A model generated the notes under the pieces. It did not search any database and was not told where the DNA came from. It saw nothing but the letters and a program-made list of their open reading frames with translations. From Phoronis australis (taxonomy: Eukaryota; Animalia; Phoronida): DNA of 64,000 bases. The stretch covers positions 11,913 to 75,912 of the forward strand of contig NMRA01000680.1 of assembly GCA_002633005.1 (NCBI GenBank), written 5' to 3'. A program made the translations under genes and the position numbers. Below are positions 27,901-42,900 of this stretch, piece by piece (the stretch's first letter is position 1; each line of letters opens with the position of its first letter).

Positions 27901-30900
27901 CTTAACTCTGTACGGGACAGAAAATGTGTTTGCGCTTTGATAACATTGCTTCAAAACTAAACAAATAGAAAAATTTGAAATCATTTATTCTGACGACAAT
28001 TGCCAATTTTACGAGAAATTTTAATTCTTTATCTGTGCAGACGAACCTTTTATCTATTCTATTAAACTTTTTGGAAAACAATAAAATCAATGGATGTTCT
28101 GAATCTGTCTCCAGTTATTACTCCTCGGGCTACAAATAGATAAGGTCAGGATTATGATTTACGTATGGGTGACCCAGTACATTGGTTAGTGAGAGTACAA
28201 ACAAGTAATAGTAAAAACAACAAACGTATCATATTAAATACCCCATGTGGATATGCCACATACATGCACTGTAAGAATACTACGACCGTAAACACGCGTC
28301 ATGTCGGGAATTCATTTCATCTGAGAATGTCCCAATTAGACCTTTGGTCTTATTACCAAATGAATGAACTTCAGAAAGGTTATCACAATACTATTCCTAC
28401 AGTATGTGCAGGCATGCGGAATAGCCTATTCATGACATACAAACGAACTTATTTGCATCGCGGCGATATCTTGGTGCCACTTTCTTTATCTTGTTCAGGT
28501 TACATGATGATAAAATTCTAAACTAAACGTACCCTCGCCGACTAACGGATAAACCTTTCCACAAGTCATGCAGTTGAACAACGTACAGTGTAGTTTTATT
28601 TCAAAATAAATTTGAAAGAATTTTTTGTTTGTACACAATGGGCCAGTGGTGTTTCGTTTAACTTCAATGAATGTCTAAGTTTTTTTGGTTTATTGTTGTC
28701 TTCTTAGCTTCTGGAATGGAAATAGTGATGGAAATATTTCTTCCGTCGATCACAGCACTGGGAAATAGCGATGAATACTGCTTTTGGGGTGGGGGACGAT
28801 GATGATGACCAAGATTAAAACTAGCAAAACCTAAAAATAGCGGCTTGGTCACAGTGCTTCGAAATTTTCATTTACGACGTCTTTATTGAATATTCTTGGT
28901 AGACCACATGAGAAAGACCAATGAAAGTTGGCATCGTACACTAAAATTCACTGCACCAAAAAAAAAAAAAAAAAAATGCACAACAAAAGTGGAGTATGGT
29001 TTCAACCATTAAATACGAATTGGCTCTACTTCCCCGTATTGAATGGTGTATACCATGGTCTATTCCATGACCGTAAGCACACATGCTAGATGAGATAAAA
29101 AGCGTACACAGACTTTAATGGTGTTTACAAACTCTATACACTGAAAAACAAAATTCGATATCACACTGCTGGACACTACACGTGAAATTTGCAATAGCCC
29201 TAAAATGTCGAAAATTGCGCTTTCCACTTAATCATACCAACATTGAGCCAACATTGAGAACGTGAGAATTATAGTATACATATTCAAAAAATTTACAACG
29301 TACTTTGACTGTGAAAAACATGCGTAACTTTTTCTCAAGTTTTACATTTTCCGACCCCTTGGAAACCTTGCGCTCACACTTTTAGTCTGATATAGATGTC
29401 TGCCTGTACTTTCATCCTTTTCAAGACACACCAACTAAGAGTACGGTAAAGTCAGAACGGGCATGCCATTCATGTTCACAAATTCACTTGGGATGTTAAA
29501 AATCAGCCCACAAGGTTCAGCACATCTTCCTTTGCAAACAGATATCAGGTGAGGACGATTACTTTCAGAAAGTGACACAGGGGCGCATGTTGGCAGTTTC
29601 AGCAAGCAAAAACAGTGTGTCTCAGAAAGTTTAAAAACTGGGTCGGCTCAGGTAATCAGTCGCAGACGGTGATAGTCAAATGAAGCAGGATGCGGCATAG
29701 ATGGATACTTGCTGTGGAACAATCTACTTATCTGTGTCCGAGATACAAGTTAACACCAACGACTTGGGCCTTTGGAGAAAACGTGCGGAGAGCATACTAT
29801 CAAGGTTCTCAATGAAAAATACCCTCTTTCGGTTCATTAGATTGGGTACACCAAAGAGATGATACAAGAAATTCCTCATTCCAAGGAGCGTGAAGGGCGG
29901 ATAACTTAAAATTTGCCCGGTATCACTGTGATGTTTAGGAGCCACGCAAGTAGAGAATTTCTGTCTTGAACAGTGTTCTGTTTTTGCAGTGGCACCTTTG
30001 TCAATCTTTTCTGTGAAAACAGCCACGGGCTCAACTGGAGACACAAACAAATATGTGGATGATGTGAACGTGGGTGATAAAGAAGGTATTTTAATACAGA
30101 GCTAATTAATATAAGCTTTGTGTTTTGCTGTGCATGTTTGGGTTCAAGTTGCATGTCTTTCTGTTTAGCTGGCTAAAGAATGGAAATTTAATCAGACACT
30201 TTACTCCGACGTAATCGGTCTCAAAATATATATAGATTATTAAATTGTGAAGTCGTTATCCCCGGCCCTGTATTCTAGAGCCCGAGTGGATTTTGGAAAA
30301 TTATCACCCGAGACGCGTTAGCCCCGAGGGTGGTAATTCTCCAAAATCCACGAAGGCTCTAGATAAGGGGGATAACGACTGAGAACATGTAATAATCTAT
30401 ATATATATGTGTGTGGGTTATGTTTCAGTTATCAACTCAAGTCACAAGCACTTTTGATTTCGAAATTTCTAGGCTGGTCAACTGCAATAAATTCTGAACT
30501 GTTTTATTAAGTCGTTGTTGGATTCAATGTGCTCGTTGATAACGAAAGTAGATTCCTATCTTGGCAAGCGATAGACTGAGTTAAAAGCCCTAGCCAAATA
30601 CGCAACACGATAAACAGCTATAATTTTAAAAACTACACTTCTAAGGATCAATTAACCGCTTAGATTCATGGGCGGCGCACCATAGGCTGTTGGGGCCCTT
30701 CCCTTTTTCAGTGGTGAGCCGCCCATAAGATTTTGCTGTTGAAATGTATACATGTACAAATATCCATACACCCATGCATACATGTAGCATACATCAGGGC
30801 TCGGAAACGATCACGTAATGTATCTTTACACAAATAAAAAGGCTGATGTGATAAAAATTTTTCATCATTGTGTTGTCAAATTTAACTGCAATAAGCGAAT

Positions 30901-33900
30901 TTGTCTGAATAAAGTCAAAATAATGATAAGAGACGATAAGTGAGGAAACTAGAAACCAAATAAGAGGAAATCGCAACCAAAATAGAGGAAATCCTATTAA
31001 ACGAGGAAATTTCCAAGCCCTGGTAAATATATCCATAGATACACACACATTTTAACATTGAATTAATTTTACTAGTGAGCATTCTGTCGTCCATTTTGAC
31101 ACGGCTACACAGATTACATGTAGGGGTGTTAATGGCACTCAAAACGCAAAAGTTCATAGGAACAAATCTTTTCTTCAAAGGTTATTAAGTCATTTAGATT
31201 CTCATCACACTTGTCGGCTAACTTGAATTCTGCAAAAGGAGAGCTAATAACGAAGAGCCAACCTCAAGGTGGATCAACAATTGTTCGGACTTCAAAACCA
31301 CTTGCCAGGGATTCAAAATCAGCTAGCTGGACTGCAAAACCGAATGACCGGTGTTCTGACTTCGTGGTCAAACCTCAAATGGGTTGACTGGTACTTCAAA
31401 CACAATGGCCAAACAAATCGCCGATTTTGGGCAAACCAAACTAACGGGTACTATTTTGTGTCCAGCCAACGAGTGAGGACATTGCGTTTTGAAGTACCGT
31501 AACACGTTTGATCACGGGTCATTTGGTTTTGCAGTCAAGCCGACTGGTTTTGAAGTCCTGGCAAGTGGTTTAGAAGTCCGACCCATAGTTGATTCCCATT
31601 TAAACCTGGCGATTTTGAATGAGCGCATCAAGTCCCGCAAAAAGAATGACACTAAATTATTGTAAGACAATACAAGGCTTTGTGGCTCTGACTCTGGACT
31701 GTGGAAGTAAAATACAACCACCCTTGTGAATCAAAACTCCTATACTTGGTACAATGCACATGTCCAAAATTGATAGGAAACCCCAACCACAACGAGGAAA
31801 GCTTGGTGTTACCAAACAGCATCCTGAACATTTGAAAGGGGTTTTGCTGAGGCAGACCCTGGCCAGCAGAACTAACGCATTGTACCTATACGAGCGATTT
31901 ATAATCATAGACTTATTTGAGACGTGGCTGCTTGGAAGGGGAAAGGTCACCTGCTATAAATTCGCCCGACCATGTACACGTAAGCGTGGAAAGGTTGTCT
32001 TCATCTAAAACCCAGTTCCCACGGCCTTCTTTGGATTGACAGCAGTCTTTTATAAAAGGGATACACTAAAAAGACGATATTCTGGCAATATAACGTGGCT
32101 GGCTTGCTGCCATTCATCCACAGCACTATGGTGCTAAAGTGAAACTACATCTACTGTATCTTAAATCGAAACAGAGCAGATATATCGTAATTATATATTC
32201 ACCCCAAATATAGACACTCTTTACTGACACAGTCTTGTCCTTTTCGTTGAGCCAAAAAACAGTGGGTGGTGGCATTCCCGGTGCGATGCAGGTCAGCAGT
32301 ACTACGTTACCAACTGTGAATACTCGTTGTTCAAATAAGCCATCTTTTTCTCGTGACGTGATGTACATCGACATTTTCGACACCGGTTCTGGACCTGCAA
32401 TGTGAAGACTACAGCGTATCTCTAACAACATTCCTGTAACTTGGATTGATTCAAAGCACATATTCCGATTTCACCTTGTTTTGCAAGACTTAAATATATG
32501 GCTTCATCTATGTTTAGCGGCATATTTTAACCAAAATACCCGCGTGATACCCACTTAATCCAGTCGTTACTGAGAATTTGCCAACACACCAACGTAAGGT
32601 AATTTTCATGAAACAATTCGAGAGATTTCATCTAAGGCGCCGCAATCGCATATGCATAAATATTGTTTATGTACATGCCCACACCCAGCCTTAAATATGG
32701 GGGGCTCGAATGTCGGACAAAGTGGGCCTTTCGCTAACAAAAATGCTGGAGGACTAAAAAAAACGGAGTACCGGTTTCAGGTCTGTGAACTATGCGTCTG
32801 CGCCTTTTAGTGGACATTTGTGTCGTTTTCTCGGACTTTCTGTTTCTCTGAGGCGGACCTTTTTACCCACTTTGCCAAGTGGGGGGAGGGCTCGTTCGAG
32901 CCCCCTGAGCCCCCCTGGGTGTGTGCATGATGTATATGTAGATGTGTGTGCGTGCGTACGTGCATGTGTGTGTGTGCATGCGAGCGTGTGTGTGTGTGTA
33001 AATACATATAACTTCCGACTGAATGCAAATAAGTACGTAAAAGGAGTCAAATCATAGTACAATTGGGAAAATAAATACACGTTACTACAGCACACATCAC
33101 GAATTTTTGGCCGACCGGTCNGGCCAAAAATTCGTGATGTGTGCTGTAATCTCGCCTGGCATTGAGACGAAAATGAAAATATGAATGAATTGAACATGAG
33201 CACTAGCCATTGATGTACAAATACAGCACACATGTTCTCCAATCTCAAGTAACTTATCAACTACGCAAAATGATGTGTGAATGCACAAACTGAACAACTG
33301 CAACCAACAAATTATCAGTCTCAGACTTGTTAGTAATAGCAGTAAAATGGGTAGTTTGGATTCTAAGACGCGGTCGACTTAAAAGTCTTTGTTGTTTAAA
33401 TTACAAATACCATCAATAAATTATAAAAGTGTCTCACTAGCATTACCATTCAATGTAAAGAAAATGATTTACCAATTTGTGTTTTAAACCGATGTATTTT
33501 CTGTCAGCAACTCGCTGAAGGGAGTAATTAATGGATTCGAGTTTGTTACTTGGCGAAATAAATTTCACAAAGATGCTGCTTTGTCTTGAAATTTATTTTG
33601 TATTTTTGTTTGTACGCACGCTACGAGTCGCATTTGACGTCCGAGCGACCTGTTCGTCGTTTAGTGCTCGCAGAAGCGAAACTATGAACGTGCGAAATCT
33701 TGTACTAGATCACGACCCAAACTTTTGCAACATTTATGCAAACAATCCAACAACAAAGTGTTTTGTTGACGTAGACGAGGTTCGGACATTGATGGTTTCT
33801 TTGCTACGGATGCTCGAGTGTTAACCACTCGGTTTTTCCACGAAATCCCATTGAATTCCTGACACGATAGTTAATAGTGAATAAACGCCTTACTTCCATT

Positions 33901-36900
33901 AACTTCCAACCAGGCCTAGTTAACTGGTTTTATCTTTATTCGAACAATTTAGAACAAAATCGAGTCCATAACGTTCACGGCCACCAACACGAATACCAGC
34001 TTGTGTTCGACATGGTCGTAACGCCCTGTTTTGATCAAAATCACCAAACGTACCTAATGTTACCGATTTTGTAGACCCCGAAAAATCTGATGAGTTATTA
34101 TTGTTGGATAATACAAGGAAACGAGACCTTGCTACTTTTTATTACGGTTCTGTGTTCACGATTCGTTCCGTTGTACAACGTACAAAACTCGTTTTAATTA
34201 AGCAGTATTATTACTTCAACCTCGGTATCTCTAACTTTAAGGCTTCACATAATTTGAATTAGATATTCAGCAAATTTTCAGGAATGATACGTGGCAGCCT
34301 TAAAAATTACAAATTAATGCTCTTACTGTACATTTGCACGAGATTTCACCCAAGATTCAATCACGTACATTGAGTACTTTTGGTTGAGAAAATTTTGACG
34401 GTCTCCAAAACATGAGAAATTGCTTAGCTTGTCGAATGAGTAAATTTAGATTCTCGAAAAAGTTAATGGATTTGAGTAAAGTGATAACAGGGCCTGTCGC
34501 AAATGAAAATATTCTAAGCTCGAGATCACGTTTTTGTTTTGATAGAGCGACATATATCGGGAGACAGTGATAACGTTGACGAAATAAAAATTTGCTCGCA
34601 AATATAGTGAACTACATAGTGAATTAATTTTGAAAATACACACATTGCTGGTTTCCAAACGTGTCCGAAAAGTGCCCAAATTCTCCACTTTGTTACCAAA
34701 TTTATAGCCTTTACGTGAAAAACCAGTATGGGGTCTTACATATCCAAGTAATTCCAGATACAAGTCAGCATAACAATTGCATGCAAGCAAATAGGGGAGC
34801 TACACCTAAAACTGTGCGATTTGGTATATTTTGCTTCAAAGTTTTAGTGACCCAATGCACTTGCGATAGTGGAAAAGGACCTGGACTAGTATTGATGAAA
34901 TTTGTGCCATGATTTTAGACTAGTATACTCTTTATATCTACTGGTTTTGCACACTACGAGGAAAGAAAAGTAGAGCTGCGTGGATCTGGTTTTTCAAACC
35001 CAAGCCAACGAAAGATGTTGAAGGCCACATCACCAACATTCAGTATACAGATTTGATTACGTGACACTCCACTCTGCCGACGTGTTAAGAGCATGTTCGC
35101 GAATGGACCTCCAGAGGGTGATAAACGCTATGTCACAATTTCGGAGGATATTCCTTTTATGTCCCACACACTTCATCACAATCCATCATAGCAGTTAACA
35201 CTGCAAGTCAGGATCATCAGCCATTTTGCCACCACTAAAGTGACACCTGTTGTTGGACATTGGGTTCGCGAAAAACGCGGAATTTTAACGAAAATGGAAT
35301 AATACCTTAAACAAATGCGCCTGGCTTAATGACACTAAACTAAATATCAATACACCAACTTTTGAATTAAAACTATGCACTGTATTGGTTGTGTGGGGCT
35401 CCAAACATGTATCGGTATTGAAGGTAATTTCCACTCGGGTGATTATCACAATCTTGAGATTCCTTTAGGAAAATGGTCAGTGTCAAAAAGGCGTCTTGTG
35501 TAAAAGTCTGGTTTGATCAGTGTTGTGCCAGCTGAGATATTTACGGGCTCAAAGTGTGGCGAAATTGCAATGCTATGTTAACCTTTGACCCTTCTATACT
35601 TTATGCCTGAAAGTTTTAATTTAGCGGCAGAGTTAATGAGTATTTTTAACATGTTTGTGAAGCCGAAGACTTATTTAAAACTTACAAACAAATCATGATC
35701 TTCTGCACCGATATTTTTTATTTTGCATTGCAAATAAGGCATTTTCGGTGAGTCCATTGCATGGTATTCCCCCCAAAATCATATACAGGCTCCCTGATTT
35801 CTCCCACTTAAACAAGGTTAAGTGAGATTGGACTTAACAGTTTTGTTTATCATCCCACATGTAACTAAAATGCATAGTATGGTTCAAATCCGTGACATTG
35901 GGTTTATCACCCCTCTGGGCAGTATGAGCCGCACTTCTCTCTTAACATTAAGCAAGCGTTTTATAGAGTTCAGTTCACACAAACAAATACCCAAGTCAGA
36001 TTAAAACTCACGGCGAATCCTCAATCTCCTTGAGGCGCTCTTAAACGATCCCTGCGCTCTATCCATGTCACATCTAACCCTGCTCCCGTTGTGCTTTTGC
36101 TGCAGTGTTATCTTAAACGTCACCTCGCCGTGCTCTATGCCACTTTTGTCCGTGTGTTTGAATGTGTAATCGTTTGCACCGGATATGGGGAGCCAATAAG
36201 ACTTGCCTTTCAACAATTGCATCCAAACAAGTTTGGCCGGTGGGAAGCCCAGCGAGCCACTGCACAAAAGAGCTAGGTTATCTCCGATTAAGTAATACTT
36301 CTTAAACGGTAGGTAGCTCACGTCTTCTATAGTCGGATTAGCTGCAAGTGGTATAATTACACACATATTGATAACCACTGTTTACGTAAAGAGTTTTATA
36401 CCTGGCATTCAGGTTATGCCATCTCCATTTTATCCGATGCAGAAAGTCATCCTCGACCACCATTTCTTTTAATCTTAATCAGTTTCCAAATGTCAATGAA
36501 TGCGTTGGTTAAATGCATTGTGCCTGAATTCATGAACACATACGTATCTGCGTAATTTTCGTTGAAACGAAGATTCCAAATTCTCCAAATCAAGATACAG
36601 AAATATTAAATCAACTACTGGAACTTGCTTACTTGAGTTAGCTACGTTGCATCCGCCTCTCACAAATTTCAGCTTGGCTAGTGGTGTTATTAGCGTTCTG
36701 GGCAGTGTTTTAACCAGGCGACGAGGCATCGAGGTCAGGACAATCTCCCATAAGCGTTATAGATGGAACCTTAATTCATCTTGTTTAATAACTCCTCTCT
36801 GAATTAATAAGGTGGATCAAGGTTTCATCTGTCACACTCATTCGATAGTGTCCGGTACTCTATGCCTCGTCGACTGATTTAAACGCCACCTTTTGGGCAA

Positions 36901-39900
36901 AACGACCATAACACCACTAGGCAAGCTGAAGTCCATGAGAGACGAACGCAACATATTTAACCCCAGTAAGCAAATTCCAGTATTTGACTCAATGTTCTGT
37001 ATTTTGTTAACTGAACTGAGTGTCTCAAAACATTAATGTTTTTGTCTAAACCAAGTATCTTAATATCTGCCTCTGTATGTAAAACACGTGCTCAGGGATC
37101 ATTTTAGAAATACGTGGGTATGTATAAATTGATCCACACGGCCTCAAGTCTATGGGCCAATTTGGAGGACTTATGGGCCAATTTTTCGCATCCAGCTTTA
37201 GTGGGTCAGAGGGCCCGAACTGAGCAATTACGGTGCGCCAATGAAAATAATTTCGCGATAATGGCGTGGGGCGCGCAACTAAAATTATTCTTGCGTATAT
37301 AAACTTTGTTTTCCGGCCACTGAAAACTTCCGGTCAAGATAAATCTTTAAAATAAACGTTTGATGACAAAGTCCTGTTAGAAGCAAATAGCACATATCGC
37401 AATTGCCTAAAACAGTCACTGACGACTTTTTTGGATGATAAGCTCAAAATTTTAAATTCGAAAGTTATTTATGTTTACTTAATGATTATTGTCTTTCAAT
37501 TTGACGACAATGAGGCAACTAAGCGAGTCATTATGTAAGCAACACTCTTCCTTGGTTAATGTTTGGCAAATTAGTTTAAACTAGCCAGTGAAAATGAAGG
37601 TTGCATACAAAGAGCAAATTCTTGAATTTTTGATCATAGGGAAACCACTAGAGGCTGATGTGAATACCTGTTTCAAATGTCGATTGTTCAAACAGGTATA
37701 TTCAATTCTCAACTAATCCATTTCAGGGTCAAAATGTGGTATAATTCGACTTATACCACAATATCAGCCTCTAATGGCCAATACAACCGATTAATAACCC
37801 ATTTAGTTATCTAACGGCTCTAAATAACATTTTGGCGGGAAACAGAGACCGGTTTCGAACCCGGTCCGCATGAGTTTCGGGCTGTCGACTTTACCACCGC
37901 ACCACTCAACGGCTGACGTCATGGAACGTGAAAATGGAATACTTAAATGAGCACGTGCGACAATTGCATGTTCAACAAACGGCATTGTACTGACCACAAT
38001 TTTAGCCTCGAATAGCAGATACATTGTACAACCGAGATAACATTTTGCCTGGAAACCGAGGCCGGATTCGAACCCGGGCCTCAAGAGTTTCGTGTCGCCG
38101 ACTTTACCACTTCACCACTCAGCGGCTGATGTCATCGAACGCGAAAATAGAATACCTAAATCAGCACGCGCAACAATCGCATGTTCAGTAAAGGGCATTG
38201 CACCGACATTTATACGCTATGAAAAAAGACGCATAATTTCCATAAAACGATATTTTAATTCAGTGAAAGTTTTCTCTCATCTTCTCTCACTTGTAAATCG
38301 CTGATCTCCAATTTGAATGCTGTTATCGTGTCGTCGGTATCCTTTGACTGGAGCATTATAGTCAGTTACTAGTGGTAACCTACTTTAGCAAACGAGATTT
38401 TCTCGGTCGAAGCTTAGCGTGATAAAATGTGTAGTAAGCTATAATAGTTGCTAAACCTTTATTTATAGATTCACTTTATTTCTATTTTGTTTAAATTTTC
38501 AATTGGTTTTGAGTATAAGCATTATTTGACAAAAATAGCTCGGCTTTTCTTAAAAGGTCACGACCTCCGACCCCGGGCCTCTGACATAGAAAGTAGTTTC
38601 AAAGCCGAGTCGAGAAAGGTAGATCGATTAATTGTAATGTTTCTCGTTCAGTATGTGGTGTAAATATATTATTACATGTTTTCAGTCGTTATCCCCCTTA
38701 TCTAGAGCCCTCGTGGATAATTCTCCAAAATCCACTCGGGCACTACATAACTGGGGATAACGACTTCACCCTGCAATAATCTATATTTATACGCTATGAA
38801 AAATATGACGCAAAATTTCAATAAAAATGACATCTTTATTCAGTAAAATTATCTGTCCTTTTCTCTCCCTTGTAAATCATCGATTTCCAGTTTGAATCCG
38901 AGTAATGTGTGGTCAGGGTGCTTTTACTTGGACTTTAAAATCTGTAACCAGTGGAAACCTACTTTAGCAGACGACATTTTCAAGGTGGAAGCTTAGCAGG
39001 ATAAGATGTGTAGTAAGATAACGTAGTTGCTTAAAATCAAATTATTTTACAGATGCACTTTAGTTTTATTTTGTTTCAATTTTTTTGGTTTTAAGTAAAA
39101 ACATCATTTTAACAAGAAAAACTGGGGGTTCCTGAAAGGTCAGGACCTCCGACCTCAGGCCTCTGATATAGAAAGTAGTTACAAAAGCCGAGGCGAGTCG
39201 AGAAAGGTAGGTCGATTCATTTCAATGTTTCTCGTTCAGTATGTGGTATAAATAGATCATTATATGCTCTCAGTCGTTATCCCCCTAATCTAAAGCCCTC
39301 GTGGATTTTGGAGAGGGGCATTAGCCCCGAGGGCGATAATTCTCCAAAATCCACTCCAAATTCTACTCGGCTCTAGATTACGGGGGATAACGACCCCGCC
39401 ATGTAATAATCTATATTTATCCTATACATGTACGTGTGATAGTATGGCCATGGAATACGGGTCGTATTATGAGGTTTAAAATGGAAGAACTACCTTTCCG
39501 TATACTTCGCGCGTTGAATACGGATGTCTTCCTTCTCGCCCAAATTCCCTCCTATGCACAAAGTACACTACAATCAGCAGAAACATGACTGTATATAATA
39601 GCATCACTTTGGGTTCAACTCCGCGCGCAATATTTTCACATGCCAATTCTATGATATGCGTTTTCAAAACGAAACAAAAAAGTGAAATAAAATATCGTTG
39701 AAAATTTTTCTTAATATATCCTGAAAAGTTGTACCTGAACATAACACTTAAATCACAAAAAGTCTCGAACTTGCCACAAATTATTTGGGATTGGTAAATC
39801 AATAAACATTACCAATGTATGACTCCTTTTGGTCACCTATTGTACCACACCAGATGAGGTTCCCTACCGTCAAATATGAGTCAGTTTTTAAATTCATTCT

Positions 39901-42900
39901 CAAAGCAATCAAAATACATCGAGCCCCAAAGCAAAACTGCAGCTACTGTAAACATTGTGTGTTGCTGGTTTCGACCACAAGTTGTTGTGCTTAGCGTCTG
40001 GTGTGGTAGTGTATTTAGTAGTAGGATCTAGCTCCGCTTAGCGTCTAGTGTGGTATTATAGTTAATAGTAGTAGTGTCTATTTCTGCTTAGTGATCTGCT
40101 TTCAGCTTCCGCCGCTCTTCAGTTCCGACTGTAAGTACATAGCGTCTCCCACAACAAGACTTGTGCAGTGCCCCCACGCGGCAACACTTGGACTGGGTAT
40201 ACTCAAACTAAACTGTGCGGGATCGGGTTTAGGAAGGAGTTTTTCTGTCTTTAGCAGCCGTTGTTGTTTTCGAACGATATGGGATACGGAAAACCCCGTT
40301 GGCAGCATCCTCTGTTCTCGGGAGATTGATTAGTGTCTCTAGAGTGGGAGGCCCATCTAACTCAATCATCTTCTTTTGGGGCGACTGGTCAAGAGTATCT
40401 TGACTTTGACCTCTTCTGGTCCCATTGATACTGCCTTGTCTCCAGTCAGGCGAAATGGGAACCCTTGAGAACTAATATCCTGGTTCTTGAGTCTTAAGCC
40501 GGTCGCGGCTGGTGTTAAGCAACACAGAACTTTGCTTATCAAGTAATCTTGGGCAAACCGCAGTGCACAGAGTAGCGCCTGCTGCACTAGGGAACAAGCC
40601 TCCGCACGGTTAGCCCTGGGAGGTTGCGAGGCTCTGGCACTTGGAGGTAGACATAAAGAATCTGAGACATACATTTGCAGCAGACGACCTTTCGCAGGGG
40701 GTAATATGCTTGCTTGGAAGAACCAGGCGAGACAGCTGTTAAAACCAATGTCAGACCCTATAGGTTTGCGGATGCAGGAAAGCCTTTGGCTGGGCCTTGT
40801 TGCCACCCTAAGGATAGGGAAAATGAGTATGCAGACCTGAATTATAAACTGTACTTGCTATATGCATATACAGCGAAAATTAATAACCCGCCCTGGTCAG
40901 GGTTCAAGTGACCAGCTCACAGGACAGTCGAATGTGGTCTTTGCAGCTGAGGACTCCTCCTTAGCAGTTTCTATAAGGCAAGTGGAAGCACTCCCTACTG
41001 TTGACGCTTGCTCTGGGAAATCACTGGACTCTTATATGAGACTGCAAAGTGAAATTACCAAGCTCGTGAAAGCGGCAAGGGTGGCAGCTTACGCGAACCC
41101 CAAACCTGTTCTGGACATTGCTCACGGAGCGAATGGTGGCGGAAAGAATTCAACTGAGCCTGATGGCAGCTCCCGTTGTCTCTCTGCAGCTGCTAAGCGG
41201 AGAACAAATCTGAATCACCGGACGGCTCAGGAGGAGCTGGAAAACCTAGAAATCGGTGTTCAGCACGTAGTTAAGCGTCCACTAAGTTTCAAAGAAGGGT
41301 TGTTAAGCATGGTTTCTTTCTCTTAACTTGACTTTGCCATCAAACGTAAAATGGTTGATTTTGACCGGCTGCTTGACTACTCTGGCTGTCAAACTCGCTT
41401 CAATGATTTGTGTATACAATTTGGAGGTTTTGATCGCCTAAATGTCTCCCAGTGCGTATGGAAATGGTGTTTTTTAGATGAAAACTGTCGATTTAGTCAA
41501 TGTTGTCAGCTGGCTGCACTTGTAAAATTGACTTTGGATTCAGTTTAAATGGATTTTGTGCAAGGTTTTTGAAGAATTTGGTCCAGTACATCATTCTTAT
41601 TTTTTATAGCACATAGGTGGAATAGACATGTGGAACTTTTGAAAATAGTTTTCAAAAATAAATACAGCAAATTTTAAATCTTTTCAATGCCATATGTAAA
41701 TTTAGTGTGAGCATCACTTTTTATTCGTGCCACCCAGGCATCCGATGTACATGTAGAAATTCCAGATATGAATAATCAGACGGTGAAGATATCTTAAAAC
41801 GTGGCTTACCAGGAAGCAAGCAGACCATACCAGTACAGTGTACATCCAAACCGGTAAAAACAAGAACACTAGCCCTGGAATGTCACCTTCGATCTCGCGC
41901 TGCTGCGGTTGCGCCGTGCATGCGTGGAATTTGCGTGCATTCGTTTGTAGGTCCGGAGTTGGTTATTGCTATGGACTTCACTAAAACTTTTTGCAACTCC
42001 GCCGTTTTTAAACCGAACTGCATAAAAGACATATCGACAGAAAGCCCTTTACCAGTTCTCGATGGTGTATGATAATACCTCTAACAAAAGATTTTTATAA
42101 CAAATTTTCATTTCGCATACCTAAAAGGTTTAAAAATGTTTTACTGCGAAAACTGAAGGAATGTACTAGTAGCACAAAAAGGAAATGAACGATTGAGTCG
42201 TTGGATACGATTTCATTCTTCAGTAAAAATTCAGGATGCAGTGACATGTACAAAAAGGTGATAAACGAATCATTCCTACTATCTATCCGGAAATTGCAGA
42301 TAAACGTTTTCTCATGGATAGTAATAGGCAAACATCTATTATGAAGTGCAGTGTGGAAAGCTCGTTATAATGGTTGCACAGTAAGACTTGCCCTAGGAGT
42401 TTAGAAATAAAGCCAGTTTTTCTTAGAGTAAAAAGTATCGATCCTGATACATGTAGTGTCACCGTAAACAAGAAACATTGGAACATATTTTAAGATTGTA
42501 ACGCACAATATAAACGTCAACGTGGCAACTCGCAATCCCGACTTAGAAGAGTGCTTATTCGACGAAGACTTCACAGGTCGATTGTTAGGCTTCACAGGAA
42601 TACACCGATCAAGAAATTATAGAGAGGCTGCGTGAACGTGCACAGACAACGGAACATACGAATAGTTCCGAAAACCATTTGAACTTGTCATGGTGTCAGT
42701 GGGCTAACTGCACGATAATAGAACGACTGACGCTTGCGTTTGCCTCCACGAAATTCCGCAAGTGACACGAATTTTTGGAGAAGCGCAGGTGTGTCTAACG
42801 GACCATCCTGATTTTGCATCGCATCTAAAAAGGTGTGCTTACGACGTATTTTTATGGCTGGAAAAAGAAGTTGCGACTACATCCCGCCTACACTTAGAGG

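Noticed and set aside
29380-30170. Coding-like minus-strand tract
   Set aside because: Multiple stops in all frames and no motif I can assign; probably an old TE fragment.
33086-33148. Perfect palindrome as a functional hairpin RNA
   Set aside because: Contains the N at 33121, so the interior may be missing or collapsed.
36012-36035. Furin site in RRLRIRR/P at the Ig1-Ig2 junction
   Set aside because: P1' is Pro and the residues likely form the Ig G-strand; cleavage unsupported.
37838-38126. Functional tRNA genes
   Set aside because: A and B boxes present but stems pair poorly; treated as tRNA-derived repeats.
40862-41326. 154-aa plus-strand ORF as a nested gene
   Set aside because: No recognisable domain; lies in or beside a probable decayed TE.
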